64,000 nt of DNA from Lama glama (lineage: Eukaryota), in the NCBI GenBank assembly GCA_028534125.1, contig CM052817.1:45820001-45884000 (forward strand), given 5' to 3'. Shown here piece by piece: positions 1 to 12,720 of the stretch (the first letter of the stretch is position 1; every line of letters starts with the position of its first letter). The notes under the pieces were generated by a model. It worked only from the letters and a program-made list of their open reading frames with translations, was not told the origin of the DNA and did no database searches. The translations under genes and the position numbers were made by a program.

Positions 1-394
1 TGGAGAAAAAATACAGGAATAGACTTAAGACAATGTCTGATACACGCTGTGACATGGCAACAACATTTCTAATATTAAGCAATATATAACTGACACAGAA
101 TACCATTTTCATTAGAAAAAAAAACAGAAGTGTGAAATTAATGATTTTTTAACTTGACATACACCATCTTTTTTGTTAAGAGAATCCCTATCACTGACTA
201 TATTCCATTGTTTTCATTTGTTTTGTCTTGTTTTGTTCTGTTAAAAGTATAAAGAAATGCACCTGAACTAATTCCGTGCATTTCTGGGAGGAAATAGTGA
301 ACGTCTTTGACCATTTTTGCCAATCTTTTTAATCTAAGTGTATATTATATCTTACAAACTCCTTTTGGTGTTTTGCCAATAACTTAAAAGTTTT

Positions 395-537
395 TCTTTA
401 GGTTTTTATTTATTTATCATTATTTTGGAAGGGAGGTAATTAGGTTTATTAATCTATTTAATGGAGTTAGTGGGGCATGAACCCAGGACCTTATGTATGC
501 TAGGCATGCACTCTACCACTGAACTATACCCTCCCCC
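395..537 (-). mobile_element. tRNA-derived SINE, vic-1-like (camelid)
   Basis: Reverse complement GGGGGAGGGTATAGTTCAGTGGTAGAGTGCATGCCTAGCATACATAAGGTCCTGGGTTCATGCCCC has A/B-box-like motifs and an A-rich tail; TSD aata(a/c)cttaaaagtttt at 378-394 and 538-554. Confidence 0.85.
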
Positions 538-1439
538 AATACCTTAAAAGTTTTAAAGTTATGAAGTACTTTATAGTTAAATACATTTCAGAAACTGCTT
601 TAGCCCTTTAACACTTTGAAATTCAGCAACCCAGATTAGTGTTTTTGCTAGCTTTCTCTTATCGAGGAGCATGACTCTACAAGCCAGGATGGGTCTATTT
701 GGACTGAGAACCAGAGGAAACTGACTCACAAGTACTGATAAGAGGGGACAGGCTTTGGTGACATTTCCCAGTGAATGCCTGGGATGCTAAGGGGGCAGCA
801 TGAGGGAACTTGGGGGAGAGTTAGAAATGTCCTTACGGTCTATGTCCCAGTCCCTTTTATGAGGCAGCAGGGACCAGATTCAGGCTTGTGGTTCCCAGAT
901 GCTGAAGTGGAGTTTGTTGCCCAAGGTCATCAGGAGTGTCTTTGCAGCTGGAGGCTATCAGTCAAAGTTCTTAAAATGCATGATGGGTCAAGTAAGAAAA
1001 AAATCAAGAAAATTTGATAAGGTCAAAGGTAACAACAGACCCCCAAATTGGAGAAAGCCAAAAGTGAGGCAGTTAATGTAATGAGAGCAAGATCAGAAAT
1101 AAAGCAGCTTGAAGCTAGTAGGTTAAATGTGTAGGTTTGAGGTGTCTTATTTTAGCTTGAAATAAAGATATAGAAGGTGACAGTACTGGAATTTAAACCA
1201 ACCCCAGCATGCAAATTTTTCCTCTGCTTGATATGATTCAAATCCTTTCTGTTTTAAAGGATCACTTTCCTTTCATATATAATGCTGATAATGGCAACTG
1301 TGAGGATTAAGTGATTATAATGCCCTAAATCATTTAGACCCACATCTGTTACAGGTCTGTGCTCTGTAAACATGGGCTGTTATTATTAAGGCAAGGAAAG
1401 TTCCAGGCTGTGATGATGAACAAATCTGGATGAAGATAG

Positions 1440-1595
1440 GATGATATAGTATGTAGCTATACTTGTGCTTTGGAATCAGATGGGTATTGGACAAGTTATC
1501 TAACCCCTCTCTCATTAGTAGAACAGAGATAATAACTATCTCATTGGTTTGCTGTGAAGGTGAAGTTGAATAATGTGTATGAAGTGCTTAGCACT
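1440..1595 (+). mobile_element. MIR fragment
   Basis: ttggacaagttatctaacccctct...gtgaagg...taatgtgtatgaagtgcttagcac resembles the MIR core and 3' part. Confidence 0.65.
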
Positions 1596-1624
1596 TCGCT
1601 GTTTATTGCAAAGTTAAAGCTCAG

Positions 1625-1850
1625 ATTTTTGAGCCTAACTACTATATACAAAATAGATAAACAACAAGGTCCTACTGTATAGCACAGGGAACTATATTCA
1701 ATATCTTATAATGACCTTTAATGAAAAAGTATGAAAAGGAATATATATGTATAAATGAATCACTATGCTGTACACCAGAAATTGACACAACATGGTAAAC
1801 TGACTATACTTCAATAAAAAATAGATACAAATAAAATAAAAACAAAAGAA
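1625..1850 (+). mobile_element. L1 3'-end fragment with A-rich tail
   Basis: aaacaacaaggtcctactgtatagcacagggaactatattcaatatctt...ctatacttcaataaaaa; possible TSD caa(a/g)gttaaagc at 1609-1620 and 1851-1862. Confidence 0.85.
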
Positions 1851-2532
1851 CAAGGTTAAAGCCCTACAAATGGAGTACCTGTGATTTCATTTGGCTATTG
1901 GCCATAGGGTTGGCAGGCGTAAATGTAAAGAATTAGATCAACATTTACAGCTTTGGCTCAAGTCCAACACTTGTGTTGATCCATGGCTTGGAAAACCTGA
2001 TTTTCAAAGTTCTTCATGCCAGTGTGCCAATGCCACACAAATGTATTACATACTTATGATTGCTTAGGATGCAATTGCATCTCATTATTGGACCTATATT
2101 TCTTACTGCCCTACCTCGAGGCAGCCTTCACACTCATTTGGGCTGCACAAAAACAACAGTAACACCTATTGTCAAGGTCAGAACTTAAGGAGTCCTTCCT
2201 GAAGTGCCAATATTTAATTCCAAGTCTACAAAAGGCAGATTTTTATAAAAAATGGTTGGTGGAGATACATGGTTTCTTCTTTTTGTTGGGTGCCATCTTC
2301 CACTTTCATCTATTTCAGGCAATTCATGACTTCAAAGGGTAGAATTAGTTAAAAAGGAATCATGTAAACATGTGATAAGCAGTTTACTGGAGACCAAAGT
2401 CTTTGTAGTGAATAAAGCAAAAGGCATGTTATGTCAGACATTAAACTTTAGAATTTCTGCATCTGTGGAAGATACACAGAACCCACCTTTGAGTATTCAA
2501 AGTGTGGAAAATTATAAAGATGTGTCATAATT

Positions 2533-3328
2533 TTAGATTTTTATTGAGTTATAGTTGGTTTACAGTATTGTGTTAGTTTCTGTTGTACAGCATAGGGATC
2601 TCTCTCTCTCTATATATGTGTGTGTATATATATATATATTCCTTTTCATATTATTTTCCATTATAGGCTATTACAAGATATTGAATACAGTTTCCTGTGC
2701 TATATAGTAGGACTTTGTTGTTTATCTATTTTATACACAGTAGTTTGTCTCTGTTAATCCCAAACTCTCAATTTATCTCTCCTGCTCTCTCCTCTTTGGG
2801 AACCATAAGTTTGATTTCTATGTCCATGAGTCTGTTTCTGTTTTGTAAATAAGTTCATTTATGTCTTTTTATTAGATTAACATATGACTGATACCATACA
2901 ATATTTGTCTTTGTCTGACTTATTTCACTTATGATGATAATCTCTAGGTCCACCCATGTTACTGTAAATGGCATTATTTCACTCTTCTTTATGGCTGAGT
3001 AGTATTCCATAGTATGGCTGAGTAGTACATATATATACTGTATATATGTACTATATATATATCTTACAACTTCTTTATCCAGTCATCTGTCGATGGACAT
3101 TTAGGTTTCTTCTAAGTCTTGGTTATTGCAAACAGTGCTGCTATGGATATTGGGGTGTATGTATCTTTTCAAATTAAAGTTTCCTTTGGATATATGCCCA
3201 GGATTAGAATTGCTGGATCATATGGTAAGTCTAGTTTTAGTTTTTAAGGAATTGCCATACTGTTTTCCATAGTGGCTACACCAAACTACATTCCCACCAA
3301 CAGTGTAAGAGGGCTCCCTTTTCTCCCG
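2533..3328 (-). mobile_element. L1 3' UTR and ORF2 end fragment
   Basis: tttttattgagttatagttgg... to ...tggatcatatggta...cattcccaccaacagtgtaagagggctccc, typical antisense L1 3' region. Confidence 0.9.
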
Positions 3329-3486
3329 GTGTGGCATTATTATACTCATCCCTCAACTGAAGACATTCACTTGGTCCTTCAGAGGTTCTCTGATATCCAG
3401 CCTTCATATCTTTTTTGGTTTTTTGATTGTTTACCTGAGTCATTGACTTGAATATTATTAGTGTTATGACAGCCTTAAATTGTGGT

Positions 3487-3790
3487 CAAAAGGTACAAAC
3501 TTCCAGTTATAGAATAAGTAAGTACTAGGAACGTCCTGTACAACATGATAAATATAATTAACACTGCTGTATATTACATGTGAGAGTTATTAAGAGAGTA
3601 AATCCTAAAAGTTCCCATCACAAGGAAAAAACAATTTTTCTTTTATTTTGTATTTGTATGAGATGATGGATGTTAACTAAACTTGTTATAATCATTTCAT
3701 GATGCATGTAAGTGAAATCATTATGCTGTATACCTTAAGTTTGCACAGTGCTGTATGCCAATTATACCTCAATATATCAGGAAGAAGAAA
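3487..3790 (+). mobile_element. Older L1M-type 3'-end fragment
   Basis: aaggtacaaacttccagttata...gagagtaaatcctaaaagttcccatcac...atcattatgctgtatacctta. Confidence 0.8.
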
Positions 3791-3939
3791 AAATGATTGA
3801 TTTCTTGTTCATGTGACATCATTTAATGGCTTAGATTTGATTTCTTTTCGAACTTAAAAAATCATTTTTAATAAAGTAACTTCTCTTTCCCCATCTCCCT
3901 GCCAAAAAGAAAATTTTAAGCAATGTAAATTAAAGACCT

Positions 3940-4390
3940 TTGGTGGCTTTCTGAGATGTCAGCTTGACAAGGCTGAACCGTTTCCCAGAATTTGTTTCCT
4001 TTCATGCTGTTGCTTCGGGTGGCCCCAGGAGAGATACCCATGTGAGGCGCGGAGCACAGAAGGAACCCTGGCTCTTTGCAGCTCATCCACGGTGAGGCTG
4101 CTGATCTGCTGAGGCGCATGCTCGGTGGGGGCAGTGCCTAGCCTGTAACTGCTCCTCCGTCCCCACGTCCTCCAACGGCTCTTCAGACTCTCGGGGTAGG
4201 TATGTAAACACATCTAGGTACATGTATTTATATTTGTGACAAAGGGCTCTGAGTTCTGTGGGACTCCTGTGCACAAAGGTCAGAGGTAAAGGGTTTCAGG
4301 CTGCCCAGCTTGTGCTTGTGGATTCCTTCTTGTTCTTGTTCTTCCCCATCTTACATCCATCTTCCGTTCTGACTGCCAGGTTACACATTC
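3940..4390. mobile_element. Probable degenerate ERVL-type LTR
   Basis: GC-richer block starting atgtcagcttgacaaggctgaac..tttcccagaatt, resembling ancient ERVL LTR ends; family not determined. Confidence 0.4.
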
Positions 4391-4531
4391 GCAACCAATC
4401 CATGTGTGCATGTGTGTGTAATTGTGCATACTGAGAATGCACATACATAAACTATATTTAGAGAGAATATATATACATGATTATACATGTATAATATACA
4501 TACATATATGCATGTATATATGTGTGTGTAT

Positions 4532-4731
4532 ATTCCTTCCTTCCTTTTCTTTCCTTCCTTCCTTTCCTTCCTTCCTCCCTCCCTTCCTTCCTTCCTCTCT
4601 CCCTTTCTTTTTTCTTTCTTTCTTTTCTTTTCTTTCTTTTCTTTCTTTTCTTTTCTTTTCTTTTCTTTTCTTTTCCTTCCTTCCTTCCTTCCTTCCTTCC
4701 TTCCTTCCTTCCTTCCTTCCTTCCTTCCTTC

Positions 4732-4766
<35 letters not shown>

Positions 4767-4870
4767 TCCTTTCTTTCTTTTCTTTCTTTTCTTTCTTTCC
4801 CTTCCTTCCTTCCTTCCTTCCTTCCTTCCTTCCTTCCTTCCTTCCTTCCTTCCTTCCTTCCTTTCTTTTA
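4532..4870. repeat. Compound polypyrimidine microsatellite (TTCC)n/(TTTC)n/(TTTTC)n
   Basis: About 340 bp of C/T on the + strand, preceded by TA/CA low complexity. Confidence 0.98.
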
Positions 4871-6577
4871 TTTTTCTAGTGCTCTACTTTTATGACTGAG
4901 CCCTGATTCCCCAGCCCATCCTGGGCTTTCTTTCAGAGATACCCATTGTCACTAGTGCTGTTCCAGGATCTGGATGTTTTCTGTATGCGCACCCAACATG
5001 TGTCTCACTGTGTCAGGTGCTTCCATATGATCTAGAAAAAAAGAGTGGGGGCTCAGACTGCTTACACCATCTCTTTTGAAGTCTCATGTTATGTATATCA
5101 AGTTAGACTTCTAGTTCTTAGTTTTGTTTGCTGAGCTGACAGTGATTATTCCCCTTTTGGTTAGCAGTTAGTCTAATTAAGATTTTCTCTTAATAACTTA
5201 AATTTCCCTCCCTTGCTTGAGTTACGCAGTTATTTTTGCAACCACTCAATAACACAGGTCACGTAGATTCAGAATGGGAATTAAAAATCTCATCCATCTA
5301 TCTGTTAGCTTTCTCTTTTTGCTTAGTGACTTATAGGACATTTTTAGGGCAGGTATGAACATTCATAATTTTAGGCCAGGAACAAAACAGTCATTCATGT
5401 ATTTCTCACTTTGATTTATATTTTTTCCAGTTTCGTCAGTCTCAGTGGAGGTCCATGTTTTGAGCGCAAAATACTATCAAATGATTGAAAAATCTAAAAG
5501 ATGTAAGACATAGTAATAGACACTGTGAAAAAATGTAAAATATTGTAAGAAATAATCTCTCTTTTCTAATTTATAATCTAGTTAGGAAGATAGGCATAAA
5601 TATGGAAAAACCTAATTTATAATGAAAGACAAATTACAGCTCAAAAACTTGACGAGATGTCACAGAATCATACAGAATGAATTGCCACATTAGAGCAGAA
5701 GGTTCAGAGAAGTTGTCTTCATGGGGGTTTGGGATGGGGGCTGGAGACAGAAGGTGAGAGTAAGCCAGGAAGCATCTTCCAAACTCGTCATCTGCCCGTC
5801 CTCTTCCCAGCCTAGCTGAGAAGCACTGCTTGAGAGGAAAACATAGCAAATCTTGTTTTTTTTTTCTTTTCTTAGCAAAATCAACTTTCTCCTTTTGAGT
5901 GAAGTCTCATCACTGCTCCACATCTCCACAGGATACTCCTGAATCCTGGTCTTTTCCCACCTGTGCAAACCGCAAAGAGCACATGATGCCAAATCACTTT
6001 TACTTACATTCAGCAACAGAATACCAAGCTACTTTCTTTCTTCTTATGTATTTTCTTCTTCATGATTATTTTGAAACTTACTATTCCCACTTAAAATTTG
6101 TACATACCCCCAATTTTGATTTAATTATTTCCATGGCATTAATCACAAGTTCCTGGGTGGTTTTATGTGCAACCAGGATGGAGAACCACTGTGCTAAGTG
6201 TGCTTTGAGAAGAGTTGGCCTGACTGGAATGGGTAGTTTACGTGCCTCTGATCCTACTCTCCCAGTCGGATGGCAGGCTTGTCAAGGGAAGGACCCAAGT
6301 CTTGCTCATCTTCGTGATTAACGTATGCACTTCGAGAAAGGAAGATGCTTGATTAACCCAGGTCTACAGTTTATTACCCGTGATTCCAAAATCTCAGAGC
6401 TCTGCAAATGGAAAACTATTTCTTAACTCATTTGGGACCAAATCTGATCTCAACTAAGATAAGTCTATTTATAGTCTATTTATGGATGTTTGTTTCACCT
6501 CAGAATGTTACTGTGTTTGATTATGGGGTGCTGCCCTAGGCTTTTCTGACGGCATTACATATTTTAATACACTGCCC

Positions 6578-6645
6578 TGTGTGTATGTGCACGCGCGCAC
6601 ACACACACACTCACACACACACACACTCACCCACACACATACACG
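6578..6645. repeat. (TG)/(CG)/(CA)n alternating purine-pyrimidine microsatellite
   Basis: gtgtgtatgtgcacgcgcgcacacacacacac... Confidence 0.9.
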
Positions 6646-6792
6646 GTGTACCCAAAAATAATTCTGAATTTTGAAACACATGTGACCCCAGGTTTCAGGG
6701 AAGATATTGTAGAGGAGTACTTATGGGTGTTGCACTTGATGATTTAAGAAAGCTGAAGTCTTAGGGGATAAGGCAAAATTTCAAATTTAGGT

Positions 6793-6962
6793 CAGTGGTT
6801 CTCAAAACTGACAGAATCACCTGTGGAGCTTTTAAAACTCAGCAGTTCCCCGGTACTATCTCCAGAGATTCTGATTCAGTTGATCTGGGTGTGTGCCTAG
6901 GGATCAGACTTTTTTTTTAATTTCCCAGGTTTTATGACTGTGCAGGTGAATTCGAGAACCAA
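6793..6962. mobile_element. MER5A-like hAT DNA transposon fossil
   Basis: Starts cagtggttctcaaa, internal agaatcacctg and cagagattctgattcagttgatctggg, ends gagaacca (terminal inverted repeat). Confidence 0.8.
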
Positions 6963-6994
6963 TGACATAGATTTTTTTTTTCCGATGATTTTTT

Positions 6995-7230
6995 TTCTTG
7001 ACAGCAAAGCAAAGGCAACAAAAGTAAAAATAAAAATAAAAATAAAAAGCTTCTGCTCGGCAAAGGAAACCATCAACAAAATGAAAAGGCAACCTATGAA
7101 ATGGGAGAAAATATTTGCAAATCATATATCAGACTAGAAGTTAATATCTAAAATAGATAAAGAATTTATATAACTGGATAGCCAGAAAGCACACAAGATA
7201 ATTTAGAAATGGGCAGAGGATTTAAACAGA
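6995..7230 (+). mobile_element. L1 ORF2 C-terminal fragment
   Basis: Translation [30 protein letters not shown] is characteristic of L1 ORF2p; short and degenerate. Confidence 0.9.
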
Positions 7231-8839
7231 TCCACGTGAGAGGCAAGGCAGAAGTGTCCACAGCAGTGCCCCTTCCCAAGAAGTTCTAAGAACATAAGGT
7301 CACCAGTGACTCTCAGTTGGGAGCCTGCATATCCCTTCCTTTATTCTCAGGAATGTTTTCAATTGGCAAATGATTCTTTGGAGACATGGCTCCATTGGTT
7401 TACACAGTTAATGCGAGCGGTTGTCAGCTACGAGGAGTGAGTTGAAACCCTTAGTTGTATCTGTGTAGAAAAAGTTGAGAACCATTGGTTGAGATCTCAG
7501 GATAGGGAAAGGGGGTTGCAGGTACGGAGATCAGCTTGGAGAGAGAAATAAAGGCTGGGGAGCAAAGATGTACAGGGAGAATAGAAAGCAGTTTGGATTG
7601 GCTGAAGGGTAAGGCTGGGAGGCATTTATAGGACCTTGTATGCTTACTTTATTGTCACTAGAATACTTTTCGTTTGTTTCTTTAGACACTGAAACTGGCC
7701 TTTTCTATATTCATTGTTTAAAATTTTCTGTTCGTCTGCTTTCTGCCAGTAAACAGACTCCAATTTTCCAATTCGTTCAGCAACATTTTCCATGGTGGTC
7801 TCACCATCAGCCTCTCTGGTCCCAGGTGTGGGATCTTGATGAAATGCTGTAAAAATTCACAACAGACAAGAGTGAATTACCCACTGGAGAGGGTAGGGGA
7901 GGTGTCTGTGTTGGGAAATAAATGTGTGACATGCCAAAGAACACAAGTTATCACACGTAAGGTTGTATCATGTCACGCTGGCTGCTTCCCACCTCAGAGA
8001 ATTTGCACTTCATGGGTGGGACATCATTCCTGTGAGCTATATTGGACACCCACCCTGTTTTAATTTATAGTGGCATGTCAGAGCCATAAATTATAAGCTT
8101 TAAAAGCCAACTTCACTAATGACCAATGAATTGGGTCATGTAATGTGCACTATTTCTGTGCTCAGGCTGTGGCTGTCTCCTGATGAGATGCATAAAAAAC
8201 CCTACAAAGGTGACTTTACCTCCCTTTTGGAATCTGAAAACAATGAATGAATACTTGCAAGCTCTAACAAAAGTGCTTGGTACAGAATACATATTCAAAA
8301 ATATTAATAATTGTCATTGTTCATGGTATTGTAGCCACTTATGGAGGTGTTGGGAGTTTGGCGGCCTGGGCTGCAGCACTCAATGCCTCGGGGACTTACC
8401 AAACTGGACAACCCTTTCCCCACAGCTGTCATACTTCTTTGCTCAAGTTTGCCATGCCATTCCCATCAGTCTTTGAATTGGGACCCAATGCATCGTCAGG
8501 CCTAGCTTAGGCAGGGATGCTTGAGTATTTAAACTTGAGTCCTTTGGTGTTGGTTCTTTGAGAAGAATGAATCTATAAGAGGCACCTCGGTTTAGAGGAA
8601 AAGGTTCCAGATCAGGAGTTTAAAGAGCTGGCTTCTTGTTTGGGTTCTGCTACAGACTAGAGCTGAAGGCATGAGCAATTTCCTTCATAGCCCTGGGCCA
8701 TTTTCTTACAGGTCAATGGAAATATCAAACTAGCTGAGCGCTATCATCCTAACCATCTCCATGGGTAACTGATTATGAGTTTAAAGAAAACCAAACTTAA
8801 ATAGTAGACTTTGAAGGTTTGCTGCCTGGAGGCCTATAG

Positions 8840-9058
8840 CAGGGCTTAACAAACTGCAGTCTGGAAAACAAATTCAGATTGCCACCTGTTTTTGTGCTTT
8901 ATGTGAGCTGAGAAGTGCTTTTTTTTTTATGTCTTCAAATAATTATATTTTAAATGGTTATATAAGTACCTACATAATCTCTTCAATTTTGCCTCTTGGT
9001 TGCAAAGCCTAAAATGTCTGCTATCTGGCCCATTACAGTAAAAGTTTGCCAACTCCTG
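8840..9058. mobile_element. MER58-like hAT DNA transposon fossil
   Basis: cagggcttaacaaact...gccacctgtttttgt...tatctggcccattacagtaaaagtttgccaactcctg. Confidence 0.7.
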
Positions 9059-9775
9059 TATTATTCACATCTTACATAGAAAGTTAAAATAGAAATCCTT
9101 GTCATGATCTTTAGTTACCAAAGAAATATTCTACCACTCCACCCTTTTCTTCAAGGTGGAAACGATATTATGTTTTCCCATGAGTCAAATTAATTGTTCC
9201 TTTTGCTTTTTAATTAGTGCTTTAAAAAGCATTAAATTGTTATTTTATCAGAAGAATGGCAGCCACTTTTACAAAGAGTGATCAAAAATTCTAGGCCATA
9301 CAATTTCTCTTTGACTCTACTTTGGCGATGGCCTTCGCCTTTTGTATTCCTTTTTGCCATCCAAGGAGAACATGTATTTTTCCTTTTCCATGATTTATAT
9401 GGCACAGCTTTCTTTTTTCTGGAAAAAGGCAACCCAGCTGGGTCTAATCTGAGGATTTTCAGCTCTGGAGCTGGGCAACATGCCCCTTTCTTTCCTGACC
9501 ATGAAGGTGTAAGGAAATGAGCGCAGGTGCCGTCAGTGGCCCATAGGTCTCCAGCCTTAGAAAGAGGTGTAGAGAGTGAAGCTGACCTAGAGTTAGCAGA
9601 ATAAATATGTGACAAAGAGGGAGAAAAAGTTGGCAGTATTGGGTCCCCACTTCATACTGCTGCCCTTTCTGATTGTGTGAACCCCAATTTCCCGTTTTTG
9701 CCCAAGTTAGCTCAAGTAGGTCTCTGTTGCTTGCAGCCAGAGTTGTTCTTGGCTGGGAAGATCATTCATTTGCTC

Positions 9776-10178
9776 TGAATATGAACCTTGGAACTTCAGG
9801 TGTGATCTTATTTGGAAATAGGGTCTTTACAAATATAATTAGTTAAGAATCTGGAGAAGAAACCATCTAGGTTTTGGGATGGGCCCTAAATCCAGTGGCC
9901 AATGCCTCATAAGATGTCCTTTCCTCAGAGGACACATATGGAAGGCCATGTGAAGATGGAGGTGGAGATGGGAGTTCGGCTGCCACAAGCCAAGAAATCC
10001 AGGAGCCACCAGAAGCTGGAAGAAGCAAGTACAGGTCTACATGTGGAGCCTTTGGAGGCCCTGCTGATGCCTTGATGTCAGACTTCTAGTCTCCTGAACT
10101 AGGAGAGAAGAAATTCTTGTTGTTCTAGGCTGCCCAATTTGTGGTACTCTACAATGACAGTCCTCAGAAATTAATGCA
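9776..10178 (+). mobile_element. MLT1 (MaLR) solo LTR
   Basis: gtgatcttatttggaaatagggtcttt...ggccatgtgaagatggagg...gccacaagccaag...ccaccagaagctggaagaagcaag...tttgtggtact. Confidence 0.85.
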
Positions 10179-10289
10179 CTCTTCTAGTATCTGGTCAAAG
10201 AGAGTACATAATGCCGGCCACAGCACTTTCCCTGAGTTACTGTCATCATCACACCGCAGGGCAATGACTAGCTCACATCTCCCTCTGTC

Positions 10290-10830
10290 CTAGTAGAGGA
10301 TGTCTCCTCAAGAGCGAAGAGCCTGGCGGTCCTTCGGCTCTGCCCCCTCTCCTAGTGCAGTGCCTGGTCCATCGCTGATGTCCAATAAGAATTTGTTCTA
10401 TGAATAAATGAATGAAGATATCCAACACTGTAAGACAGGGGACTTCCCCAGGAGTTTAAAAGCCTGAATGGGGAGGAAAGACAAACTGGAAGCAGGTATC
10501 CTGCAGCAGTGCTGATGAAAACCAGTCCAAATGGGACTCAAGGAGAGGACGAGGATGTACTTCATGCATAAAGCTCTCTACACTTGTCCCCTCCCTCTGG
10601 TCTCCATAGCACTGCATGTGCTCCAGAACCAGATTGGCTGGCTCCATTGGCCTGGTTCTACTACTTGCGAGGCTGAGCGACTCTCCCAGTCAGTTTCCCC
10701 ACTGGAATCTGGCTTTTAGGGGCTTTATGTGGGTCAAATAAAATAATACATGCAAAGTGCTTATTAGACAGTGCCAAGCGACTAGTAAGTGCTCAGAAAC
10801 TGTTAGCAGGCGATTACTATTATTACTCCA
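10290..10830 (+). mobile_element. L2 3' end (about 10290-10420) followed by MIR (about 10590-10830)
   Basis: cagtgcctgg...aataagaatttgtt..tgaataaatgaatgaa (L2 tail); aataatacatgcaaagtgctt...agtgctcagaaactgttagc (MIR end). Confidence 0.6.
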
Positions 10831-11559
10831 GCCTTTCCTCTCCAGGCACCACTGCTCATTTCCACAGAACACTCTTCTGTCACCTTGAACATGACACTTC
10901 TAAAACCCAGCATTACCTCCCTCCACAAACTGACCTCTCTATCTTTTCCTTTGAGTACATCTTTTTCCAGGCAGCCTTACTTAAAGCCTTAAAGTTGTGC
11001 TTAACTTCTTGCTCATATGAATGAACATCATCATAATCAGCAAATTCCCTGAAAAGTCTTTCCGACTTGTCTTTTTCTTTTAGTTCCTGCTACTAAAACC
11101 CTAATTCAAATTAGAATGTCACTGGCAAGTCACTCAGAACTCAGAGTGTCTGTATCCCTTAAGGTAGCTATAAATCATGGTTAAAATCATGTGTGCTTGT
11201 ATGTGTGAGTGTGTGCGTGTAGCAGACAGTCTGTGTATGTACCGCATATATAAACAGTGCTATTTCTTATGTAACATGTTCTGGAAATCTTCCAGATGTA
11301 TTCTAAGGTTTTAATTTTCTTTTGTCCTAAAGCAAAGGCTATCTTTTTTTTTAACATGTTTTTATTGAGTTATAGTCACTTTACAAATCAAGACACTTTA
11401 CTGTCTTGATTTAAAATTTACACATTGTTTTATAAGGTTTCAATAGCTGGGAGGTGTGTCTTATGTTTCTTTTCTCTCACAGAGCAAGTGGCAGTGCTAG
11501 GAATATTCTAGGGAGTTACTCAGGCCCAAACCACAGGAAACCACCCTCCATGTCTCTGG

Positions 11560-12720
11560 ACCTGCGACTCCACCTCCAACGCACAGCTAGTCCTGCCATC
11601 TCACCTTTCAGAGACGTGTCAAATGGAATCCTGTCCCCCTCTGCACTGCGACACTTGGTATAATCACCATTCTATCCTGCCAAGACTGCTCAAAACATCT
11701 CTTCATGGGAGGCCTCCCCACTCTTGTCGCCTTTAATTCTATTCTTTGCAAAGCTTCCAGAAGGACCTGGAATGTTTTAAAAACATAAACCTTAAAATCC
11801 TGTCATTTCAAACTTGAACCACTTTGAGTAGCCTCTTATCTAAGTTAATTTTTTAAAATTGAAAACAGTGAACTTTAGAGTCAATAAGAGGTCTTGGGGG
11901 ACACAGAGGGCCCCTAGGAGCTTCCATAATTTAATGCTTTTCAAAAGCACTTTCCTTTCTCACCTTGTGTCCAAGTATTCTCCCTGCCATATACTCTGCT
12001 CCAGCCATTCTGACCTTTTCTTATTCCACCAACGTTCAAGCTCCTTTCTGTTTTATCAGTCACGTTTCTGTTGCAGTTATGCTGTGTAATCCCCACCTAC
12101 TCAGATCTTAGTGGCTTAAAATGCAAACTGTTCCCTTGCTTATGGCCTTGTGGGCTGTTGGGGCGGTTCTGCTTCAGACTGGGGGTCAGGTTGGGGTGCG
12201 ATCCACCCCAGTCTCTTGTCCTGGGAGCGGCGGCCACCGGGGCCCGTGCTTCCTATGACGGATGGCAGGAATACTGGGGACTGAGACAAACCACATGAGG
12301 ACACTCAAAACTTGCGGGCTGTGATTTTATGACATCCACTCCTGTACTGTCGGCCCTGTGGTACAGCACACTCCCAAGCCTGAGGCTGTTGACTGGAAAG
12401 CTGCGCAGGGCCCCCACTGGGCTGGGTGGGGAAGGAACCATTTGACACACAGCACTCTCTACCTGCTGGCCTCAGGGACTTTGCTGCTTCTGTCCGGGAT
12501 TCTTTTCCACCAGATCTCGTTTCTTCACTTGATCCAGATCCTTGTCAAATGTTACCTCATCAGAGAGACCTTCCTTGACCTCCCCAGACAGCAACCCAGA
12601 GACTCCGTCATATCCTGTTTTAGTTTTATCCTTAGAGCTCACCTGCCCCTGAAACGATCCACTGTATTAAGCACTTACTCCTGCAGCTGCCCTGCTCCGT
12701 GAGCTCCACCTCTGTAGCCC
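11560..12720. mobile_element. Degenerate L2 fragments interrupted by an MLT1-like LTR (about 12055-12440)
   Basis: L2-like ctctgctccagccattctgacctt resumes as cctcagggactttgc...aaatgttacctcatcagagagaccttccttgacc after an LTR-like block (ttgcagttatgctgtgtaa...cttagtggcttaaa). Confidence 0.55.

Noticed and set aside
470..537. Possible tRNA gene on the minus strand
   Set aside because: The tRNA-like head continues into a SINE body and A-rich tail with a TSD, and the B box is degenerate.
4422..4899. F/L/S/P-rich ORFs of 125-157 aa resembling membrane proteins
   Set aside because: Translations of the (TTCC)/(TTTC) microsatellite, open in all frames because C/T-only DNA has no stop codons.
6934..7137. 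ORF with L1 ORF2p-like peptide
   Set aside because: A short degenerate fragment without endonuclease or RT domains; not a gene.
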